Assembly: GCA_001949185.1 (NCBI GenBank)
Contig: BDGG01000003.1
Coordinates: 1,276,725 to 1,340,724, forward strand
DNA length: 64,000 nt
Direction: 5' to 3'
Source of the DNA: Ramazzottius varieornatus
Lineage: Eukaryota; Animalia; Tardigrada
This document shows positions 53,801-64,000 of the stretch, piece by piece. A program made the translations under genes and the position numbers. The notes under the pieces were generated by a model, which did no database searches, was not told the origin of the DNA, and saw only the letters and a list, made by a program, of their open reading frames with translations. The number at the start of each line of letters is the position of its first letter. The stretch's first letter is position 1.

Positions 53801-55491
53801 TCGCCATAGAAGTTATCCGATCGGTACAAATGACAGAAAAGTTCCGGGAAGGAGCAATAGAAGCCAACGTTTCTCAGCAGTTTTCTCGAGATGATTTCGA
53901 GATTGTCCAAAGCGACACCACGTTTGTTCGCGCGGGACATGTCGAATCCTGTGTATCTGATATGTTCGTCTTCCGCTAAAAACTGATTCAAGTAGGATAT
54001 CGCGTTTGTGAGCTCTTCCGTGAGTAGCGTCTCGTGTTTCTTGGTTTCCCGTTTCTTGACGAGATTGAGGCAGCAGATGGGTGCGCCGTAGCGGCCGAGT
54101 AGATCAGTAAAGTGCGCACTAGCGGAAGCCCAGAAGGGGTCAACGCGATCGATGGAGATGGGTGGTTTCGGGACCATTCTAGAGCCTTCTTGACTCCAGA
54201 AGCCCGGAACACTGCCGCGCATCTGGACAAAGGATGTCAGGCGCTTGTTGCGGTACGTCGTGTCGTGGACGATTTGCTCGACTTCGATCTCGTTGGCGAC
54301 GTGGCCTCGTGAGTTGGATCCGCGTTTCAAAAATCGCGTACCTGACAGAAGAAAAGGCTTTATGGTACATTCGCTCCCAGCCGAAAACACAATCTGTGCT
54401 AGAATTTTTCTTCCGGCTGTCCACAGTAGCACGATCATTTTCGTCGGCTACTGCCAATTTTCTACGGTTGTGTGCGAGAAAACTTTATCTAATCGTCCCA
54501 AGTTCTTACCAGCAAATCTGTTCGAGCGTCTTCCGATGACAGTCAGCAATACGCATCTTCCAAACACCGTAATTTCCGACTGGCAGACGTATCCGTGGAT
54601 GACGGGAACTATCCAGTTCGTCCCGACTTCCGCCAGGACCTGCTTGGACAGGTACTCGTTCCAGACGAACCTCCACGCCGGTGCACCAGTGGACTTCTTC
54701 TCCAAGTTCTCCGTGATGAGCATGTTATGCTGCAGCGTATGTGTAATATCATACGTGTGGCTGTAGTAAAAGTTACTGGACAAATCGATGGAGTGGAAGG
54801 CTTTATGGTAGCGTTGCTCCCGCGGGGACAGAGGGCCAGTGTCAACGGCCAGCGGAATCGTCTCGGTATCCTCAATCTTGTAGACTGAATGATACCCGAC
54901 TGACGCTACCTTCCGCCTTTTAGTCACTAAGATCATGGAGTACCCTTCAAGAAAGCGGACGAAGCCGAGGAGGGCAAAAGCAGAAATACGCCGACCAAAT
55001 CCTGCATCAAAAATCCAACTGGCGCAGTGTACCACAGTATCCACGTGGACAAATGCGCCGGTGATGTGGGTGCGCAAATTTAACCGTGCAGTATAGTTCG
55101 CGCACCGTAACACGTGGAAACAGTACACTAGCACGAATATCACGTGGCCGAGTGCGCTACAAGCAAACGTACCTGTCTTGCCGTGTTTGGTGCGGTTGCC
55201 TTCGTCCAACGAGCTGATCAAGTTGGTGATCTGAGCTTCGGTGTACTCCACATGGTCATCACTAAGGTCCAGTTCCCTAGGCTCGGATCTGTCGATCTTC
55301 AGAACTCGATAGACGGTCTGCGTGGCATTGCTCCCAACCAGATAGAAACGCCAAGTTGTCTCGTAGAGTACTAAACTTGACACGCCACTGTCGTTAAGGA
55401 TCAGCTCGGCTTCCGGTCCAGAGGGGCTGTCCATGCCATTGACGTGCCGTTTTTCCTCGCTCTGTCCCACGGTCGAAGCCTCTTCCTCCAT
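50867..55491 (-). CDS. FIG4: Polyphosphoinositide phosphatase FIG4 (Sac3)
   Basis: LYETTWRFYLVGSN, YRVLKIDR, GFVRFLEGY, IDLSSNFYYSHTYDIT, RFVWNEYL, FAGTRFLKRG, SFVQMRGSVP, catalytic RINCVDCLDRTN (CX5RT), QYGGSQLVH, INLFLGVF; an upstream exon may exist. Confidence 0.95.
52090..52390. mobile_element. ~300-bp almost fully palindromic MITE in a FIG4 intron
   Basis: TAGAAGGCTCGGCGAAGCTAAAATAAGCCG...CGGCTTATTTTAGCTTCGCCGAGCCTTCTA; internal TAGCCGTGGCTA repeats. Confidence 0.88.
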
Positions 55492-58400
55492 ATCCACCTG
55501 TAAGGAACAAGAATTAACACATCGTTTTGGTTGAAGCAGTGGCACCTGACAAATTTTTCAAACCTTCTTGGTCGCTTGATTGGACTTGTTCTAATAGCAA
55601 CAAAAAGTGAAGTACAGTACACAGACCTTACGTCCGTTTCCACACCTGCAGTGGACTTCCATTGTGGATCAGTGGAGTGGTCAGCAGGTTACCGACTTGA
55701 TGAACATTTGCTACAGTATCTTATTTCTGCTTTAGTTTCTGCGTTTGTCTCTATAAGATTCTTTATTATTATATTCATTGCGTACGATACGATTCTAACG
55801 TTTTACTGTTGGCCCATTGCTCACACGGAAGGTTTCTGTGGTCGGTGCGTACGCGAAAAATCCGTTCTCAGAAGTGAACTTTTATGGTTCCAAACCCGGC
55901 CATGGTTTTATGACTTTGGGGCGGACATATTTTTACACCTTCATGATATAACGGTGCTTGTCTACATTGGCATACAGCTGAACCTGTCACCCACAATCAA
56001 ACACGGCAGGACGCCAAAGTCCAAATTTAAATAGTCAAGGTAATAACACTTCGAGCATCCGCTTGTCTATCAAACCCCACTATACCTCCAAGTCCACACT
56101 TCTGATACCGCTGCCCAGAAATATCTTTAGCTGGAATTTTACGCAATACTTATCTTGTAAGGCTAGCCTTGTTTCATAATCACATTTCTAATTGTTCTGA
56201 CACGGCTGGTAACTAGAGTAAGTATCAAATATGATAAATTCCGTGTTAATTTAAACAGCGACGAGATGTAGAAATATTGTCGAAAGTTGAGGTATTGCCC
56301 ATTGGCGATTGAGAGGGCGGATATGTATCGTGCATATACATATCAGCTCAAGATGGACAAGCATTCAAGGCGCAAGTAGAACAAGCAGCTTACAAGCCAA
56401 CCCTATCATAAATCATTCATCATTTTTCAGAGTTTGAAACTCTGCATTGAATGGCGGCTCAAATCGACCATCGTACTGACAAGATCGGTGTTTTACAGTT
56501 TTGCAGCATCTAGCCTGGTCGTTTTCCACTGTTAACGTTCCGGCCATAACAAATCCTGCAACCATTCTTCATCGTCGAAATGGACTGCTCGATTTCCTTC
56601 GCTGACAGGATCAAATCCGGCTTAGTCACTTCCCTCCTCATCCATTTTCGAGCACATCCGCGGAGTTGGATTGTTTTGTAACCTGATCTATCCTTGTACT
56701 TTATTTATCAGTGCAACATTGATCTCGTTAATCTCCATTCAGGAAAAGGGATACATTTTCTAATCCGCACTTGATAAAGTGCACGGAACCATTCACTCTA
56801 TTTTTCCATTGAAGCTTGAATAAAATATCATCATGGCCGATGCCAAACTGCCTTTTCTACGACGATTCACCCTAAAAGGCAAACCCAAATTGGAGGAAGA
56901 AAAGATGGAAGAAAGCTGGAGTGTACGCAGAACGCGGTCGCTCTGCGAAGGCCGCGCTGGTTTCGCCGCTGGACGACTCATCCAAATGTTCCCAGGGTTT
57001 GGAAGACCTAACCGTATGATGGATTCCCTTCGTCGTGGATCTACCCTTTCACACAACGAGTCGGTAAGGGGTTTGCTCGATAAGAAAATAGGACGCTGGC
57101 AATTAGTTTCGCTCAGATGGTTATTTGGAGTGGCGCACTGTTTCATGCTACAACCTGAAAGCGTGCGCCATGTGGGAAAAAGATTCTGGTGAATTCATTC
57201 GCCGACGTCCCAAATGTACTTTATATGGCTTTTGCTTCCATTATCTTGTTCATTTCGGCTCATCCTGGTTACATATATTACCTGGCGAGCAAAGACTTGG
57301 TATGAGCGTTTTTGGACTGCCCATCCCGTAGAGCTCGAAGTTAGTCATCTTGGACTAATTACTGATTACTATGTGTGAAATTGCACGTCGCGGAAGGGGT
57401 GAACGTTCAATTATAAAAGTTGCACGTGCGTAAAGGGTCTCACGAACTCCCATCGTGTTATCATCGGGCGATTGCTCATTGAATATTAAATTATGTTTAC
57501 GTCTACCTAAGTTCGAGCGCTTAAACCATAGTAAGCAGTTTATCCGACTCTGTGTTCGTCCAATTTGTCAATTCTTCAGCTTTGCCGTACTTGGCGCCGC
57601 TCATCGGCAATGAGCGAAAAAACTAGGGTGACGACACGAAAGTTAGCTTCCTTGTTGATTAATGGTCGATGGCGGACAACAATTCACTTTATTGCCGTAA
57701 ACATATTTCATCTAAAGTGATTGGCACATACACAAAGGAAGCACATACGACAATTATACGTACTGTCTCATTAGGACAACATAATTGCCGCTCATAGCCG
57801 CTCATTTGCATTGTATTCATTCACGTCGACCATTAGAAGTTTCATTCCGAGCTTCTCCTTAACCCCATTCTGCAAATTTTTTAGAACTTTGACACGTGCT
57901 TGGCAGTTGAAGAACACTTACTCTCAACATAAGAACTTGTCATGGGTAGACCAGAAGATAATTACTACTGTGTAGCCTTGATTGAAAAAGTACGGGGCAG
58001 TAATTAATAGTTATGACGATCAACCTACATCGTCGTCTTACGTAGAGTTCAAACACCAAACTCTATGTTTTAGCTCCCACTTCAACAAGATTCAGAGAGG
58101 AAGACTTTCACTCAAACGCCAACTTGAGCTCTGACCAATTTTCATTCAAGGAGACGTTTCTTCAGCGTGTAAATTGTCGAACTGCAGTGGAACCATACTC
58201 TGTACCCTGCGCTATCAGCTGATACAAGAACTCTTACTTTACAGTGTTTGATTACAGCCTAGTTGCCCCATTGACAATTTGGGACAGAGTCCTTCAGCTG
58301 GAATCACTAAATCAATAATTTATCTTGTGGTAAGGGAAAACCTACATACACATCATAAAACTTGATTAGGGTTTGCCTAAAAATAACAAGACTCTCTGGC

Positions 58401-61366
58401 AAAATCTGGGCTTGTTCCTATTTTGGCCGAACAAGAAAGACCTTTCTCGGTAAGAACCCTGTAAGGGTTGACGGATTTAGAGCTCCGTCTTGACTCGGTG
58501 GGTTGTGGTGCACGACTGGACATCATGAAGGACCATAAACATGTAATTCGTATCTTCGAAGATTTTTCTGATTCCGATCGATCGACCGCGAAACTGTTTA
58601 TGCATGGTCGACACTTGTCGGCGTTGTCAGTTTCTCACCGTATCGCCCTCACATCACCCACAACGAGCTCCGATTACCACAAAACACAGCTGTAGTTGCC
58701 GGCTAGCTTACGAAAGCAAGCGGCGGTTTAGCGTGTCAGAAATGATTGATCATGATCCATGACCGTGAAATGCATATGAAATCTGACATCGTTTAGATGA
58801 GACCGCACGTACCAACTGACAAGAAAGGGCGCGTTTTTTTACGACTTTTGTCTCGCTAACATCCGTTGACAAAAAAACTTGTCGGTGCGATCAAGGTGTC
58901 GGCTCAGTTGCGTTATTAACCCGCATAACTCTCAGCCGGATGAAAAAACTCTCGCTGCTTGCTTACATGCCCAATCAATCGACAATCCAGAGACGCATTT
59001 TTTCTACAAACTTGGAATTCAGTTTTCTGTTGCGTCTGTATATGTACAATCAGATTTCTTACAATTTTCACTGACTGGTCTTTTCGATAGCAAGGCGAAT
59101 AACATAATGTTCTACTAGGAAGGTGTATTTGTAACGGGTTTCCAATCCTTCCCAGTTGATGGGCGAACTCAATGAAATATTGCGTTGTGACTCTTAGCTA
59201 TCAGTATAAAGAAAATGTGTTACAGTATGGCGCCGTTGCATACGCCGAGTTTGTTTTGTGGTCCTTCAGAGTGTCAGTATAATGGTCAGACGCCTTGAAA
59301 AAGAGCCCTATAATTTCATCCATTGAAAAATCTCATGTTTGCACAAACGCCCACGTTTATTATGTCCAAATGTAATTACGGCTCAAAGTAGGTCGATTGC
59401 GCACATGGTCACCATTCAGCTGCTCCGTAGACGCGTAGCTGGGCAGTATATCTCCTGCCAGCAAATAATTGCGCGACTTTACAATCTCGGCCACTGTTGA
59501 AACTTGGAAAGACTCTCCGTCATTCAACTCCGGCGGCCACTATCATCTTTACCAATAGTGCCGGAAACCTCCGCAATGCATCTGACCGATATTTTAACTA
59601 TGATACAACAACGTCACCGCGACAGAAATCTTGCGGTACGCCGACCAGATACTCAAAGTTTGTTGCGCAGTACTGTAACATGAACCTCGTCCAGATCATA
59701 ACGCAGCGCCATCTGTCACACGGAACGAACAACTGGACACTAACAACCTAAAAACAGCTTCTTTCATCCTTTACTTACGGTACTGAGTTCGAGCTTTCCC
59801 AAATCGCAGCTGTGAGTTCGAAGGGATGGTCTAGGGAAGACCAGACCGGGAAGTTATCGGTTTTCAGGTGCCGCGATTTTTTTTCTGATTAGGCAGTCAA
59901 ATTGTATTCATAGTGCCCTCTCATGCATAAAAACTGAGCGACTACATAATTTTTTGTCGGTGAAGTGGATCGCCGCTGTTTACATAGCTCAGCTTCCGAT
60001 TCAAATCCATGAAGCGGTGTACCCATCCACCGCGAAACGCTACAGTCGTAAACTAATGAGTCGCAAAGCCGGATCGTCCGAGTAAACATTGAACACCATC
60101 GCTCATCAGTAAACCACAGTTTGGAAATCAAGTATGTAAAATGGCTTTTCGATTTGGTACTCTAGGTTCTCGAGATCCACGCGTGTAAAAAAAACTCTTC
60201 AACAGTCAATAACATTACAAAATAAACTTGTTGCTTGCTTGATCCCTCTTCACCATATTAAAAATCACCTCTGCGTATCCAGCGCACCAGTCGTGACGTT
60301 CGCTCCTGTGTCCTGAAGTTATTATCGCTTGTGGAAAATGGTTAATCGCTTAATTATTAAAATATGTACTACATTCCTCACAGCCTCGGTTCGCAAACAT
60401 TGAACTTCTGCCGAGATATGGTACGTGTGGTGCCATCTAGACATGTGGAGCAGATGTCCGGGTTGGACATTGGCCGCTTTCCGCAGATCTTCCCACACTT
60501 TAACTTGTACCTGGTGTCCGGTGTTTATATTCCGGTGAAGCAATAATCTCCACTCAAATTTTGCTTTCTTCCAGTCCAGTTTTTTCCCCTGTTTGAACTG
60601 ATGCGTTGCTCACCGAGTTCGGTTTCTTACAGACCACGAAAACCGCTTGAAATTCGTTACACGGACCGGGACAACCGAAACTAAAATATAGCTTTGGCCA
60701 GACTGCTGGGTCTTCCCAAGAACCATGAGCACGGTCCAAGGGCAGAGACCGCCATTCGCAAGTCGGACAGAAGAGGCAGACGAGACCATCCTGTAATCTG
60801 TCTCGGCTCTTCTCTGTTCCTTTGAGATCAACTTCTTCGGGAAACTATTCTCTTCCCTGCTTTCCAAATCTTTACTGAACTCATCAGGCAGGAGTAAGCC
60901 GGTGTGTGAGGGCCAGCTTGGTCAGTGTTCACTGTCCGTCTTATGAGCACTTTGATAGCCGGCCCCGCCCTGTTCCTCGCTCCATTCATTGATTACGAGA
61001 GCAAGTACAGTACAGTACCCCTTTCTCGCTAAACTCTGCTTTGTCAAGTGGAACTAAAATCGTTCATGATCAGTGAAATAGTGGAAAGTCTCGTTTGTGA
61101 AAACAAGGCAGATGTGTGTGTATCATCAAGAAAATCATGTTGTGTAGTTTCATCACTTCCTTTTCCTTGCACTCACTCACTCCTCAAGTAGATTGTTGTC
61201 TTGATTGACCACTAAAAAGCACCTTTTGACATAACCCACCTGTAATATATGGCTAGTGGTGTCATAACGGGCCAGTTGTGGTTGGGCTGGAAGAGCTTTT
61301 GCTTGTGGTTGCATTGTCCGACTACAGCGCCCATTCTTGGTCGACACTTATCTTGTGGTATTGCAG

Positions 61367-61621
61367 ATGTCTTCGATGGATCTTAAGACGTCGCCGACAG
61401 CAGTCCTCTCCTCCATTGTCCCGCTGCCGGTGGAAATTGAGCAACTGTGCGAAAGTGCCTTCAGCAAACTGTATTGCCCTTATGAGAAGGTGCGCTGGAC
61501 TTTACTCGACCAAATTCGCCGGATATATTACGGGGACTGTAACGCCGATATCCAGACGTTGTGTCACAGCTTCCTGGCCCCTGCCGCTAATTTACTTGAT
61601 CTCATCAAAAGACAAAGCCAG
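61367..61621 (+). CDS. Isolated 255-nt coding exon of an unidentified gene, probably continuing beyond the window
   Basis: TTGCAG|ATG... open 85 codons MSSMDLKTSPT...LLDLIKRQSQ|GTAAGT with strong splice sites. Confidence 0.55.
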
Positions 61622-64000
61622 GTAAGTTTAATTGCAGAACCCCTTCATCCGTCACTAGAACGCTCAGTTATATTTAGTCGTTGGATTGACTTGACCGAAT
61701 AGCAGTAACACATAGTACAGTATGAGTAGATGTTAAAATATGCACGCGTAAAAAACGTGTAGAAGAATGGAATTGTGTTATGGGGAATATGCTGGGCTAT
61801 ATGCTTGCAAATTCGTTGTAGAGATTTGGAATTCCATGTTTGGACAAATACACTGTCGACAACGATTTTCGCAGGTTTCACGTTTAGTCTTGGTGAATAC
61901 TTAGGTAGGAATTTTGGGTGAAGTACTCACATGGCATGTGAGGAATCAGGACGAGTTTCTGGAATGCCGGCGCAGTTTGCATGGTGGCTTTTATAAGTTG
62001 CGATTTCCGGTCAAAGGCTGCCTGTGGACAGTCATGGCGGGCTTTGGACTTTTAACAAGGAATCTATGGCGTCTTAAGGCTGTTTAACGGCATTTTAAAG
62101 ACACAAGTCGCTCTTTCTTGCGTGCGGCAAGTATCTATTGACATTAAACCAACAAATTCACTAAGGATGAAGCGACGATCGATCGGGCTGTTATTGAGGT
62201 CTCTCGAGCTTTGCTTTTTGCTATCTCATTCCGGTTTCCCTGACTCGTTGCGTTGTTCGACTGAATCTTCCATGCCGGCAATGCGATCAAGCGGGCTCTA
62301 AGGGGATTAGCCTGCATATTGAGATGCCTGAAATCAGGTCAGAAACGTGGTCAAGTATGCTACTTTTTGACCAGTTTCGGTGTGCAAGGAAGCCCGCTTG
62401 GATCTTTTCTCATTCACTCTCAAAAATTTGACTTTGAAAAATCTGGTTACGAAAACTCTTTTCAGGAGCCTTGTTTCCTGAAAGTGAAGCTTTTTTTCCT
62501 TGCGTTTTTCCAGCAGCAAGTCGTGCAACTGCCGTCAAGAATATGTCTGTTTTTCACAATTTTTCCCCAAAAAGGAAGGGAACAGCGGTAGGGACACAGA
62601 TGGTAAGGAGAAAGAATCGTAAAAGAACCAAAAGCAAGTCCGTGGGAAAAATTGTGTTGAGTCAGCTGTACCCACTTGAGATCTGCTGACAGCTTCGTTC
62701 TGCCATACTTCTTCCGCCAATATTATTGTTGCGTTGATGAAAACCGCAAAGTTGACTTTGAGCTTCTAAACGGCTCTGTTTGTATTCAAATCCAAACAGC
62801 CATTTCTGTAACGGATTATTAAGAATGACAGCTCGAGTTTGTTTAGATTACCCACATTGCGCCCAAGTCAAAGTTGCACAAAGACGGCTAAGCTGCCATA
62901 TGCACTACTGTATGAGTTTTCTCTTCTTAGTGATTTCCATATTTTTTACGCTTTTTCTACGCCAGAAGCATTCTGAACATTCGCTTCCAGTCTCCGTTAG
63001 AAATATTCCAACTTGTGGTTGGGCTTTATCCTCCAATGCACAAACCGGTTTTCCAGCTGTGCCTGTGAACCATGTCCGGCTTCGGCTCATTGGCATATCA
63101 TATGGCTGAAGCATTGTACGGTGTTCTCACGCGCGGATAAATTTCCACACAAAATGGCACATCTGGATTTAATTTCTCCTGAAGTCTCCTCCAAACAAAG
63201 AAAACCAGCCTTTCTTGTCCGACACGAACCTTCGCCCACGCCAGACGCAGTTTTATTCACTCTGACACTGTCCGATCCTTCTTGATCTTGAAAATGTCCA
63301 GCCATCATCGTTTGAAACGTTTCACGTCGAAGCGATGAGATCTGTTTCGACTAAGAAGCGATAATGAGGCAACGATCGAAGGCGCCGCTTTGCGGATCGC
63401 GCTTCCGATCGACGTTTAATTGCTCTGACAAGCATCAAATCTCGCTTCAGCTCTTAAATCACTTGTCTTACTGGCCGAGACTTTCCACTGCACATTTTTC
63501 ACATCGTTCTGCTCGGTCTGCAAAGCTCCCACACGTGTATGCCAAGCCGTTTTGCACGCAACCGATCACTGATCAGCTTAGTGGACTCAGCGCTGTTCGA
63601 AGTGACCAACGGCCAGTCAATCATAATTGCCCAACCGGCTCGATTACCCCTTTCCTCCCCTCACCCTAGTCATATCCGCAAACAAAAAGAGCCAGGACAC
63701 ATCCGGCCAAAGCCTGTTTGCTCAATGACGTCGCCAAACGGGATTACGTGTTCCACTCGTTACCTAACCGCTACCTGACCAAGACAAAAAAGGCCCGGGT
63801 CACTCCATTCTCCCTTCTCCCACCCTCCCGCCGATAATTTACTTCACTCCCCGTAGCTTTCATCGAAAATACAGTTCCTCAGTCATGAAAATATATGGCC
63901 TGGACAAAGGCCAACCGCCAATGTTGACCTCTACTTCCATACCCTTATCTTTTGTTCACCATTGAGCATATGGGGCATTGTGAGCAAGTGAGAGGTTATT

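Overview
Compact, intron-rich animal genomic DNA with many 50-200 nt GT-AG introns and one 50-N gap. The style and the Tc4-like DD37D transposase are reminiscent of a tardigrade such as Ramazzottius; this is inference and was not verified. The ORF track fragments most genes, so I rebuilt spliced models by hand. In order: an SGNH/PC-esterase-type membrane protein (+), an evectin/PLEKHB-like PH protein (-), makorin (+), a water-type aquaporin (+), a pancreatic-lipase-like gene (-), a secreted hemopexin-repeat protein with a Pro/Tyr tail (+), a small secreted LDLa-like protein (-), melatonin-receptor-like GPCR copy 1 (+), an intron-containing EF1-alpha pseudogene (-), a ~13 kb TE-rich interval (full-length Tc4/Tc5-type transposon, pogo remnant, MITEs, foldback), GPCR copy 2 (+), an orphan Pro/Ala/Thr-rich ORF (+), a secreted acidic/RGG disordered protein (-), a Kazal-like protein with a QFPNG-repeat insert (+), FIG4 (-), and one isolated exon near the end. 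The most notable points are patchwork 100%-identical tracts between the otherwise diverged GPCR paralogs, shared intronic conserved blocks in those paralogs, and several secreted proteins that combine a folded module with low-complexity sequence and that I cannot assign to known families. I saw no tRNA, rRNA or CRISPR features.
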